A DNA stretch of 64,000 nt from an uncultured bacterium (GTDB taxonomy: Bacteria; Muiribacteriota; Ozemobacteria; Ozemobacterales; Ozemobacteraceae). The notes under the pieces are model-generated. The model was given only the letters and a program-made list of their open reading frames with translations, did no database searches and was not told the origin of the DNA. The stretch covers positions 31,672-95,671 of the forward strand of contig CAYMEN010000005.1 of the NCBI GenBank assembly GCA_964389325.1. Reading direction: 5' to 3'. Shown piece after piece: positions 55,654 through 64,000 of this stretch. The translations under genes were made by a program, and so were the position numbers. The stretch's first letter is position 1; every line of letters starts with the position of its first letter.

Positions 55654-57131
55654 GGTCGGGGGGTCTTCTTCAGCGTGACCAGATACAAGCTTTTCCGGCC
55701 TTCGCGGTCGGCATGGGCGACGAACCCGCCGCCATCGTTCGTCCAGACGGGCCGGAAGGCGTCGGCGCCGCCGAACGCCGTGACCGTGAACTCCTTTCCG
55801 GAGTCGATCCGCCTGACGCGAATCTCGTTATCACTGCCGTCCGTGCTCTTCGACCGGACGTAGGCGATCCACCGCCCGTCGGGCGAGGGGTCGGCCAGCC
55901 AGCTGCGCGCCTGATCGCCGACGAGGGATTCAGGCTTCCCGAGAGGATTCACGGAAAGCTTCATGATGTGCGACACTTTCATTTTCTGCACGATCCGGGT
56001 GAACACGATTGCCTTTCCGTCCGGCCACCACCGGGGTTCCCGATCGTCTTCGGGGCCCGACGTCAGCTGTGTGAGCCCTTTTCCGTCGATCCCGACCATC
56101 CAGATATCGTTCGAGCCGCCCCGGTTCGAGGTGAATACGACCCATTCGCCGTCGGGGGAAAGCGCCGGCATCATGTTTTTTCCGCCGGTTCCTGTCAGGT
56201 TCCGGTGCTGTTGCGTCACGCGGTCGAAGACAAACACCTGCTCGGACTTCTCACTGTCGCTCGAAAAGACGAGCCGGTTCCCGTCGCGCGTCGACTCGGG
56301 CGTCCAGACGTTGCCGGGCCAGGGGAAGAGGCGGACGGCGCCCCCCTTCGCCTTCAACGACCTGAAATAACACTGATATTTCGAGTCGGCCCCGCCCGTC
56401 GGGCGGTTCGACGAAAAGATCAGACTGTCCCCGTCGGCGGCCAGGCTGCCGTGGTAGTTGTTCCCGGCCCCGGTTTCGAGCTTCTCGAGCCCTCCGGGAG
56501 CGAGGTCCGCGTCCGGAAGATCGGCGGGCGGCACCTCGACGGCGGTTCCGGTTGCGGAAGCGGTCTCAGCCGTTGCCGTCGCGGCGGAAGGTTCGGCGGC
56601 CGAGACCTCGGCGACCTCGTCGAAACCGGCGGCTGCCGGGCCAGTTGCAACGTTCGGCACGCCGGATGCGGACGCAGCCGCTTCACCGGCCGGGCGGTCG
56701 AGCGCCGGAAGCTGGGCCATCGACGGCGCATCGGGCTGGCCGGGTTTGAAAGCCACGGCGGCGGGCGGCACCGTCCCCTTGCCGCTCCCCGACGGCAGCG
56801 CCGGGAGTTCGACGGCGGGCGAGGAAACCGTTTCCCATTTCGGGCCGGCCGGGATCTGCGCCGGCTCGCTCGCCTGCCGGCCGCCTCCCGTCAAAAGATC
56901 GATGAGGGAGTGATCCCATGAGCGCCCCCGAAATACAATACTATCGAATATACTTCCAGTGAAAGCGCCGGCGAGAAAAATGAACAGGCCGAGCAGAAGC
57001 CGCTGGCGATGGCGCTGGCGCCGTTTCTGCGGCGTGTCGCAGGTGGGGCAGACGGCGGAGCGGGGCTGGAGTTCGTGACCGCATCGGAAACAATACATGC
57101 AGAATCTCCTGGAGAATATGCCCCGCATCAT
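55650..57131 (-). CDS. Zinc-ribbon / TM / TolB-like WD40 (PD40) beta-propeller protein
   Basis: N-term CFRCG..CPTCD, one TM, and C-terminal repeated PD40 motifs (S.DG..I.F.S.R.G...I). Confidence 0.7.
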   Translation of the reverse strand: MMRGIFSRRFCMYCFRCGHELQPRSAVCPTCDTPQKRRQRHRQRLLLGLFIFLAGAFTGSIFDSIVFRGRSWDHSLIDLLTGGGRQASEPAQIPAGPKWETVSSPAVELPALPSGSGKGTVPPAAVAFKPGQPDAPSMAQLPALDRPAGEAAASASGVPNVATGPAAAGFDEVAEVSAAEPSAATATAETASATGTAVEVPPADLPDADLAPGGLEKLETGAGNNYHGSLAADGDSLIFSSNRPTGGADSKYQCYFRSLKAKGGAVRLFPWPGNVWTPESTRDGNRLVFSSDSEKSEQVFVFDRVTQQHRNLTGTGGKNMMPALSPDGEWVVFTSNRGGSNDIWMVGIDGKGLTQLTSGPEDDREPRWWPDGKAIVFTRIVQKMKVSHIMKLSVNPLGKPESLVGDQARSWLADPSPDGRWIAYVRSKSTDGSDNEIRVRRIDSGKEFTVTAFGGADAFRPVWTNDGGGFVAHADREGRKSLYLVTLKKTPRP

Positions 57132-57372
57132 ACATCACGCAGGGAACCTCACACAATATCCCCCCTGTGTGAAAGCTATTCCTCGGCTCACAAGAGACAC
57201 GACAATCACATGCATTCGCGATACCGTTCGTGCCGAGCCTGTCGAAGCACGAGCGCTCTTGATTCACGTCGCCTGATGCGACAAGGAGTGATCCCCGCGC
57301 GCGGGGGCGGATCGCGAACCGCACGAGCCCAGCCCCTTGCGGAATTCCAGGAACGGCATTTATCATCACGGC

Positions 57373-58926
57373 ATGAATACGTTGCGGCAGAAAATCGGAC
57401 AGCTGTTCGTCATCGGGTATCAGGGCCTCGAGCCTTCTTCGGACGTCCTCCGGTTCGTCGGGGAGTGGGGCATCGGCGGGCTCATCGTCTTCGCGCGCAA
57501 CCTCGAAGACCCGCTCGCGCTCGGCCCTGTGCTGAAACGCTTCGAGACGGCTTCGGGGGTCCGCATGTTCGCCTCCATCGACCAGGAGGGCGGGCTCGTG
57601 ATGAGAATTCTCCGCCACGGAAGCCTCTTCCCCGGCGCGATGGCGCTGTCGGCGACCGGCGACCCGGACCTCGCGCGGCGCATCGGAACCGCCATGGGCG
57701 CAGAAATGCGGTCTATCGGCCTGACCTGGAACCTGGCGCCCGTGCTCGACATCAACCATGCAGGCAACCCGGGCATTGGCGCACGCTCCTTCGGTGACAC
57801 CCCGGAAACCGTCATCCGATACGCCATTCCCTTCGCGAACGGTCTCCGCGAAGGCGGCGTCCTCGCTTGCGCAAAGCACTTCCCGGGCAAGGGCCACGCG
57901 AAAGTCGATTCCCACCTCACGCTTCCGGTCATCCCTTACGACCGGGAACGCCTGCTATCGTTCGAGCTCGCCCCCTTCAAGGCTGCCATAGACGCTGGAA
58001 TCGACGCCGTCATGACGGCGCACGTTTTCTTCCCCGCGTTCGAGCCCTCCCCCAACCTGCCGGCGACCCTTTCCGAGAACGTTCTCACCGGCCTCCTGCG
58101 GCGTGAGCTCGGTTTCGATGGTCTGTTGATAACCGACGACCTCGAGATGGGCGCAATCACCGAGAAATACGGCGTGGCCGAAGCCTCCCGCCTCGCCTTT
58201 CTCGCCGGGGCCGACCTTCTGCTCATCTGCCATGATCTCGAGCGCCAGAAGGCCGCGGCCGAAGCCATTCTCCGCGAAGTCGAGACATCGCCGGCTGCGG
58301 CCCGCAGGCTCGACGAAAGCCTCGAGCGCATCGCCCGGGCCCGCGCGAAACTCTCTGCCACGAACCCCTCCGCTTCCCTGACCGATCTGGCGCGTTCGCA
58401 CGAAGCGCTGGTGCGCGAGGCCCACGACAAGGCCGTTCTCACGTCACGCGCGCAGGCGGGCGACCTGCCGTTTGCCCCGGAAACGAATCTCGTCGTTGCG
58501 TGCCCCCACATCGCCTCGCTCGTGCAGGTCGAGGAAGACCATGCCGATGCCGGTCCGGCCCACCAGATCCAGAAAGCGTTCAAGAACGCCCGCTGCGTCA
58601 TGTACCACCCGAAGGATGCCGCCGAGACCATCGCGACGCCGGTTCGCGCGGCTCTCGACGCGACGGAAAAACCGGCGAAACTGCTGATCCTCTCCTACAA
58701 CGCTCACCTGTTTCCCGGGCAGAAAGAGGCCTTCCGCAGTCTCGCGGCCGCCACACCGGGAACGGTTCTCGCGGCTCTCCGCAATCCCTACGATCTCGAC
58801 TGCGTCCCCGAAGCCACGACCGGCCTCGCGACCTTCGGCTTCCGCTCGCCCGATATCGATAGCCTGATCTCGGTTCTCGAAGGGAAACTCCCTGCCGATG
58901 TCTCCCGTTGGCCCGTGATGCTCTGA
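57373..58926 (+). CDS. nagZ: Beta-N-acetylhexosaminidase (glycoside hydrolase family 3)
   Basis: IGQLFVIGY..G, KHFPGKGHAKVDSHLTLPVI, ITDDLEMGAI. Confidence 0.85.
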   Translation: MNTLRQKIGQLFVIGYQGLEPSSDVLRFVGEWGIGGLIVFARNLEDPLALGPVLKRFETASGVRMFASIDQEGGLVMRILRHGSLFPGAMALSATGDPDLARRIGTAMGAEMRSIGLTWNLAPVLDINHAGNPGIGARSFGDTPETVIRYAIPFANGLREGGVLACAKHFPGKGHAKVDSHLTLPVIPYDRERLLSFELAPFKAAIDAGIDAVMTAHVFFPAFEPSPNLPATLSENVLTGLLRRELGFDGLLITDDLEMGAITEKYGVAEASRLAFLAGADLLLICHDLERQKAAAEAILREVETSPAAARRLDESLERIARARAKLSATNPSASLTDLARSHEALVREAHDKAVLTSRAQAGDLPFAPETNLVVACPHIASLVQVEEDHADAGPAHQIQKAFKNARCVMYHPKDAAETIATPVRAALDATEKPAKLLILSYNAHLFPGQKEAFRSLAAATPGTVLAALRNPYDLDCVPEATTGLATFGFRSPDIDSLISVLEGKLPADVSRWPVML

Positions 58927-59014
58927 CCGACCAGGCGAAACTTTCTCTTCGACCTCCGTCGTCCGGTGCCGATAGGTATCGGAGAAAAATATTCGATCGA
59001 CGGAGGCATCAGCC

Positions 59015-59458
59015 ATGCTGGAACTCGAATTCAAGATTCTGCTCCTGACGATGGTGTATTTCGCGGGATGGTTCATTTTCGAGAAGGTTTTCTCCGCTGC
59101 CTGGGACCGCTGGACGGCACAGCCTTCGACCGGTTCCCGGCCGGCGAACAGAACCCGCGTCCCCACGCTGGCGTCCGTCACGCCGCTCGATCAGACGTTT
59201 CGCTACATCCGGGGCCTGAAGAACCCCGACTGGCGCGTCCGCCGCATCTCCTGCATCCAACTCGGCGACAAGCGCGGCACGGCTGTCGTCCAGGCCCTCA
59301 TCGCCGCCCTCAGCGATCCCAAGGAGGAAGTCAGCATGGCCGCCGGCGAAGCGCTGGCCAAGATCGGCGATCCCGTCGCCATCAACGCCATGCAGGAGCA
59401 TCTGCAGAAGCTCGACAGCCGCCTCGACGGCACCTGGGAGCAGTACCGGGCCGCATGA
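59015..59458 (+). CDS. Membrane-anchored HEAT/PBS-lyase-repeat protein
   Basis: TM, then DWRVRRISCIQLGDKRGTAVVQALIAALSDPKEEVSMAAGEALAKIGD. Confidence 0.55.
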   Translation: MLELEFKILLLTMVYFAGWFIFEKVFSAAWDRWTAQPSTGSRPANRTRVPTLASVTPLDQTFRYIRGLKNPDWRVRRISCIQLGDKRGTAVVQALIAALSDPKEEVSMAAGEALAKIGDPVAINAMQEHLQKLDSRLDGTWEQYRAA

Positions 59459-59462
59459 TCGC

Positions 59463-59906
59463 GTGACCGAATCTTCAAAAAACAGACCTGAAGCTGCCGC
59501 TCCCGATGGAACGGCGGCTTCAGCCGCTTCACCGGCATCCGGCCCGGCGGCCCCGGCAGGCCGAAGCCTGATAAAGGCGATCCTGCTCAGCCTTTTCGTC
59601 TGCCCCGGCATGGGGCATCGGGCCATGGGTCGCGCTCTCGCCGGCTGGGTCGTGATGGTCCTGTTTCTTCTCGCGTTCCTGTATCTGGGCGTATCGCTGA
59701 ACCACCTCGTCCAGGACGTCGTGGCGCAGATGCAGTCGCCGAGATCCACCGATCTGCTTCGGATCGTCAGCCGCGTTGAAGCGGCATGCAAAAACGCTCC
59801 GGACGTTTCCCAGGCACTGGAGCTTCTGCTGATCGTCTACTTCGGCGCCCCGGCGGAGTTGGTTCTCACCTGGCTCTGTACCCCTGCGGGGAAGTCGGAA
59901 GCTTGA
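59463..59906 (+). CDS. Hypothetical membrane protein
   Basis: Two TM helices after an Ala/Pro-rich N-terminus. Confidence 0.4.
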   Translation: MTESSKNRPEAAAPDGTAASAASPASGPAAPAGRSLIKAILLSLFVCPGMGHRAMGRALAGWVVMVLFLLAFLYLGVSLNHLVQDVVAQMQSPRSTDLLRIVSRVEAACKNAPDVSQALELLLIVYFGAPAELVLTWLCTPAGKSEA

Positions 59907-59991
59907 AGGTTGAAGGTTGAAATGAGAAGGCCGGTCCGGGCGCGTTGACTGAGGGAGTTCTCGGGGTGTAGAGTGACGGGACGGAAGTCCT

Positions 59992-61575
59992 ATGCGCACC
60001 TACCTGAAACGATATCCGTTCATCCTGTTCACGGCCGGCATTCTGCTGGTCGTGGGCGGCATCGCGCTCACGCTGAACCGCATTCCCGGGGAGGTACGGT
60101 ATTCGGCGGAGAACCTGCTGAGTCTCGGGTTTCTCGTCTTCACGTCTCTCCTGCTCGGGATCATCAGCTTCTGGTGGAACACCATCAGGAACCTCGCGAC
60201 CGATCACATCGACGGCTCGCCACTTCCCGAAGCCCCCTCGGCGGACCTGACGGACCTGTTCTTCCAGTCGAACGCCCTCATCGACTGGTATAAGAACAGC
60301 ATTTCCCGGCTGCACAACCGGTGCGTCGATCTCGAGCGTATCTCGCACCTGCTCGGCTACATGAACTACGCGGCCGAGCTCGGCCGCCAGCTGCATGTCG
60401 CGCTTCAGCTCTGTCAGGAGCTGTTTCCCACGATGACGATCCTCATCTACACGCGCGAGGCGTCGTCCCTCCAGTATGCCTGCGGCACGAAGCCCCGCAC
60501 CGGCGAGGTTCTCCCGCTGATTCCAAAAGACGACCCGCTCGCCCGCAAGACGCTCGAAATCATCCGCCAGGAAATCGACATCGAGCGGTTGAACTCGGAC
60601 GACTGGAAGAACTTCTCCCTGCCCCTCCGGGGGCGCCAGGAACCGCGCGACCTGACGATCCTCCCTCTCATGGTCTGGAACCGCATTCTCGGGCTCGTCG
60701 TTTTCATGAGCCCCGACCGGCGCGCCCTCGCGGCTGACGAGAAGGTGATGGCAACCCTGTTCAACAAGCACATCGCCATCTGCATCGAGAACCACCGGCT
60801 GTTCAAGGAGAACCTCCGCCAGGACCGCCTGATCCACGAGGTCGACATCGCCCGGACGCTGCAGACATCGACGCTCCCGCAGCAGTCGCCGATTCAGCAG
60901 GGTCTCGACGTTCACGGCTCCTGCGTTCCCTGCAACGAAATTTCGGGCGATTACTACGATCTGATCCCGCTTTCCAACGACCGCCTGCTTGCAACGATTG
61001 CCGACGTCTCCGGCAAGGGGCTCCCCGCGGCCCTCTTCCTGTCCAAAATCCAGGCGCTGGTCCGCGCCATGGCCGACAAGTTCGCCGGGCCGGGCGCGTT
61101 CCTGCTGTTCCTTTCGGAACAGCTCGCCAAGGAGCAGATGGGGCCGCTGTTCGCGACGATGATCATCGCTGTTTTCGACCCGAAGAAACGCACCGTGACC
61201 TGCGCCAGCGCCGGCCATTGCAAGCCGCTCGTGGTGCGCACCGGCACCGGGTTCGTCGAGGAGATCGACTTCGACGCGGGCATCCCGCTCGGCCTGTTCG
61301 AGCAGGAGGAGAACGCCTATTCGGAGCGCACGGTCGACCTCCTGCCCGGCGACGGCGTCTTCCTCTACACCGACGGCGTGCTCGACCTTCTCAACAAGAA
61401 GCGCGAACGGTTCGGCCTCGAGCGGCTCAAGACGGCACTCGACACGGCGCCCGCCGGAAAAGCGGCGTCGGTGGTGTATCATGTGATGAACGAGATGAAC
61501 AGGTTCAAGGAAACCATCCCTCATGATGATGACATCACGATGGTATATGTGAAATCGGAAAAGGCAGCCCCATGA
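59992..61575 (+). CDS. Membrane-anchored GAF + PP2C-type (SpoIIE/RsbU family) serine phosphatase
   Basis: Two N-terminal TM helices. GAF-like middle region. PP2C motifs (DYYDLIP, IADVSGKGLPAALF, LYTDGVLD, HDDDITMV). Confidence 0.8.
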   Translation: MRTYLKRYPFILFTAGILLVVGGIALTLNRIPGEVRYSAENLLSLGFLVFTSLLLGIISFWWNTIRNLATDHIDGSPLPEAPSADLTDLFFQSNALIDWYKNSISRLHNRCVDLERISHLLGYMNYAAELGRQLHVALQLCQELFPTMTILIYTREASSLQYACGTKPRTGEVLPLIPKDDPLARKTLEIIRQEIDIERLNSDDWKNFSLPLRGRQEPRDLTILPLMVWNRILGLVVFMSPDRRALAADEKVMATLFNKHIAICIENHRLFKENLRQDRLIHEVDIARTLQTSTLPQQSPIQQGLDVHGSCVPCNEISGDYYDLIPLSNDRLLATIADVSGKGLPAALFLSKIQALVRAMADKFAGPGAFLLFLSEQLAKEQMGPLFATMIIAVFDPKKRTVTCASAGHCKPLVVRTGTGFVEEIDFDAGIPLGLFEQEENAYSERTVDLLPGDGVFLYTDGVLDLLNKKRERFGLERLKTALDTAPAGKAASVVYHVMNEMNRFKETIPHDDDITMVYVKSEKAAP

Positions 61576-62291
61576 ACGAGACATGCGACATTTTTGAGAA
61601 ATACGTCTTTTTCAGCAGCCGCAAGGACCGCGAAATCCTGACGAACGTTCTGGAGACGATCCTGGCGATGCCCCTCGAGCGACTCACCATCACCCGCTCC
61701 GACCGGCCCGACGAGGAGTTTTCGACGTTCAACGACCGCACCCGCAAGATCCTGCAGAACCTCGAAAAGCTCGAGCGCATCGAGGTCATCAGGGGCGATT
61801 TCGAGCTTGGCGGCATGTTCGAGCTGCGCGGTGGCGAGCTCGCGATCACGATTCCGGCCGAGCAGTACAATTACGAGGTCGTCGACGCGATGAAGCGGTT
61901 CCTGTCGCCGATCTTCCCGATGTGCGTGTTCAAGAACCCCTATATCTGGGGTGTCGACCTGTACGAGGATTACGAGCGTGAGCACTTTTTCGCGGTCCGA
62001 CGGTTCGGCTCGCGCAGCCAGCACCTCGAAGACCCCGAGGTCGACATCTTCCGGCGCGACGACGGGATCGTCTACAAGCTGCGGTTCCATCTGCGCGAGG
62101 AAGAGCAGGTCGAGCCGGGCATCCATCACCTCGCCCCGCTCTTCGAAGGCCTGCTCGATTCTCTCGGAAAGCGCGCCTATGAAGGTCTCGAGGTGCTCCA
62201 CCGCTACTGCACCGATCGCCCGTCGTTCCGGCTGGTCGAGCCCCGCACGAAGCTCGGCCGCGACATCAAGTCGGTCCTTTCCCAGCGCTGA
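61572..62291 (+). CDS. Hypothetical protein (239 aa) translationally coupled to the phosphatase
   Basis: ATGA overlap at 61572-61575. No recognisable motif. Confidence 0.5.
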   Translation: MNETCDIFEKYVFFSSRKDREILTNVLETILAMPLERLTITRSDRPDEEFSTFNDRTRKILQNLEKLERIEVIRGDFELGGMFELRGGELAITIPAEQYNYEVVDAMKRFLSPIFPMCVFKNPYIWGVDLYEDYEREHFFAVRRFGSRSQHLEDPEVDIFRRDDGIVYKLRFHLREEEQVEPGIHHLAPLFEGLLDSLGKRAYEGLEVLHRYCTDRPSFRLVEPRTKLGRDIKSVLSQR

Positions 62292-62292
62292 C

Positions 62293-63042
62293 GTGGCCCC
62301 CGTCGAAAGCTACAACACGGGCCTGATCGACGAACTGGTCGACGCCTGCATCAAGTTTCTGCGGGTGCACCCCAGGCATCACGAGGTGCTGTTTCATCTC
62401 GGGAACGCGTTCTTCATCAAGGAACAATACGACAAGGCATCGTTCTGCTTCGTAAAAGCAGTCAATATACATCCGAAGAACCCCGTCTATTACCTCCACA
62501 TGGGTCACGCTTACCGGCGCATCGGCGACAGGGAACAGGCGATCGCGGCGTACGAGTCGGTGCTGACGCTGAACCCGCGCTTCGCCGACGCCCATTTCAA
62601 CATCGGCCTCCTGTTCTACGACAATCGTTCGCTCGACAAGGCGATGGCGAGCTTCTCGAACGCTCTGGCCATCAACCCCCGCTACGCGGCGGCACGGTAC
62701 TACGTGGGCCGCATCCTCCAGGACCAGGGAGCCTTCAACAAGGCGATGATCGAGTACCGGCGCGTCGTCGAAGACCATCTCGCCGGCCGGCTGGACAAGA
62801 GCAGCATCACCATCGATTTCGGCCTCATCTTCACCGACCTCGGCCTGCTCGACGTTGCCGAACGCGAATACAAGCGCCTGTTGAAGGAGCACCCCGAATA
62901 TGCCGACCTGCATTACCACCTCGGGATGGTCCTGAAGAAACAGGGCCGCACGGATGAAGCCATGGACGAGTTCCAGCAGGCGATCAAGCTCAACCCCCAC
63001 TACATGGACGCCCGCCGCAAATACTGGGAATCAGCCCGCTGA
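62293..63042 (+). CDS. TPR-repeat protein
   Basis: TPR units (AYESVLTLNPRFADAHFNIGLLFYD.., ..AIKLNPHYMDA). Start uncertain (GTG 62293 directly after the upstream stop). Confidence 0.55.
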   Translation: MAPVESYNTGLIDELVDACIKFLRVHPRHHEVLFHLGNAFFIKEQYDKASFCFVKAVNIHPKNPVYYLHMGHAYRRIGDREQAIAAYESVLTLNPRFADAHFNIGLLFYDNRSLDKAMASFSNALAINPRYAAARYYVGRILQDQGAFNKAMIEYRRVVEDHLAGRLDKSSITIDFGLIFTDLGLLDVAEREYKRLLKEHPEYADLHYHLGMVLKKQGRTDEAMDEFQQAIKLNPHYMDARRKYWESAR

Positions 63043-63137
63043 GAAACGAAACGCACCACAGAGGCATAGAGTCTGGAATCCATGCATCAACAATATCATT
63101 CTTTATCATTATGAACGATATATTGAAAATCCTTGAT

Positions 63138-63253
63138 TCACCACAAAGACACAAAGTCACAAAGGAAAAACATGCGGCTGTCAGGATTTTTTTGTGTCTT
63201 CGTGTCTTTGTGGTGCAATTATCTCAGTGTCTCTGTGACTCTGTGGTGAATGG
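63138..63253. repeat. Three copies (one inverted) of a ~25-nt TGTG(T/A)CT(T/C)TGTGGTG-containing element upstream of gspE/pilB
   Basis: CACCACAAAGACACAAAGTCACAAAGG (63139-63165), TTTGTGTCTTCGTGTCTTTGTGGTG (63191-63215), GTGTCTCTGTGACTCTGTGGTG (63227-63248), read directly. Confidence 0.6.
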
Positions 63254-63293
63254 TATCTCCGTCGGATAACCTGGCAGGATAGAGGAAAAAGCG

Positions 63294-64000
63294 ATGTTCA
63301 AACGCAAGAAAATCGGCGAGATGCTGATCGAAGCCGGCCATATCACGGACAAGGAGCTGAACATCGCCCTCGCCGAGCAGAAGAAGCGCGGCAAGCGCCT
63401 CGGCCAGGTGCTGATCGAGCTCGGGTATCTCACCGACGCGAAGCTTCTGCCGGTGCTGGGAAAGCAGCTGAAGGTGCCGTTCGTCGACCTGAACAAGGTC
63501 GATATAAAGCCAGAGATATTGAAAATGGTGCCCGAGAAGATCGCGCGCAAGCACATGCTCGTGCCGATCAACTTCGACGGCAAGAGTCTGATGATCGGCA
63601 TGGCCGACCCGCTCGACGTGTTCATCATCGACGAGATCCAGTTCCAGAACAACTGCGAGGTCGTCCGCTCGATCTGTTCCGAAGTCCAGATCAACGAGAC
63701 GCTCGACAAACTGTACGTCGCCGGCGCCATGGCCGACGCCCTGAGCCAGATCACGGCCGACGGCCCGGAGGGCGACAAGAAAGGCGACATGGACAGCCTG
63801 AAGAAGGCCAGCGAGGAAACCCCGATCATCAAGCTGGTCAACCTGATCCTCACGCAGGCCGTCCAGAAGGGTGCCTCCGACATCCATATCGAGCCCGACG
63901 AAGGCGAGCTGCGCATCCGCTACCGCATCGACGGAACGCTCCAGATCGCGATGACCCTCCAGCCCGAAGCCCAGGCATCGGCCGTCTCCCGCCTCAAGAT
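63294..64000 (+). CDS. Type II secretion / type IV pilus assembly ATPase (GspE/PilB family), N-terminal part; continues past window end
   Basis: Two GSPII_E N-terminal-type repeats (IGEMLIEAGHITDKELNIALAEQKK.., LGQVLIELGYLTDAKLLPVL..) and PIIKLVNLILTQAVQKGASDIHIEP. Confidence 0.8.
   Translation, partial: MFKRKKIGEMLIEAGHITDKELNIALAEQKKRGKRLGQVLIELGYLTDAKLLPVLGKQLKVPFVDLNKVDIKPEILKMVPEKIARKHMLVPINFDGKSLMIGMADPLDVFIIDEIQFQNNCEVVRSICSEVQINETLDKLYVAGAMADALSQITADGPEGDKKGDMDSLKKASEETPIIKLVNLILTQAVQKGASDIHIEPDEGELRIRYRIDGTLQIAMTLQPEAQASAVSRLK

Noticed and set aside
59866-61584. 572-aa minus-strand ORF
   Set aside because: It lies antisense to the PP2C phosphatase gene with its canonical motifs.
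1-64000. CRISPR arrays, IS elements/transposases, integrases, rRNA
   Set aside because: No regularly spaced direct repeats and no transposase or integrase-like ORFs were seen. The only repeat cluster (63138-63253) is irregular and promoter-proximal.

Overview
This 64 kb window is a high-GC, gene-dense chromosomal region that looks like an anaerobic Gram-negative bacterium (Desulfobacterota-like; this is inference). I call about 62 CDSs; long antisense ORFs are common and were rejected. Recognisable modules, in order:

- **1-6.2 kb:** an FGE/SUMF1-family enzyme and a HEAT/TPR protein, followed by a NapH/NosR-like FMN-binding, Cys-cluster membrane protein translationally coupled to an AmmeMemoRadiSam-type radical SAM enzyme that carries an apparent twin-arginine (Tat) signal.
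- **6.2-13.3 kb:** a large polyhydroxyalkanoate (PHA) island: phaR, three tandem phasins, two class III PhaC paralogs each next to a short PhaE-like protein, then a FadL porin. It carries TGC-N3-GCA PhaR-type operator boxes over sigma70-like promoters.
- **13.4-18.7 kb:** a tightly coupled five-gene minus-strand operon (LysM protein, SNF2 helicase with a B3/EcoRII-N-like N-terminal domain, a coiled-coil protein, a small membrane protein, a nitroreductase) in visibly lower-GC DNA. This is my top candidate for an undescribed system.
- **19.4-27.4 kb:** a MEP-pathway cluster (ispF, dxr, ispE, ispD) with ispA, xseB and xseA, then accC and a BCCP-like accB whose biotin-attachment Lys is replaced.
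- **30.5-36.1 kb:** an orphan AmmeMemoRadiSam protein B, then a NamZ-like DUF1343 gene co-transcribed with three prepilin-type (pseudopilin-like) genes, one of them a 770-aa giant.
- **38-44.7 kb:** a CheR methyltransferase with a zinc-ribbon partner, a NUDIX hydrolase, a giant TPR protein and a beta-helix lipoprotein.
- **45-48.5 kb:** two Flp pilin genes, each with a sigma54-type promoter, flanking a DUF362/prenyltransferase-repeat pair.
- **48.5-64 kb:** a membrane-fused spermidine-synthase-like protein, two more prepilin-like genes, an HflX/PrsW/zinc-ribbon-TolB operon, nagZ, a GAF-PP2C phosphatase, and a partial gspE/pilB preceded by a triple repeat.

No rRNA, tRNA, CRISPR array or transposase was recognised.
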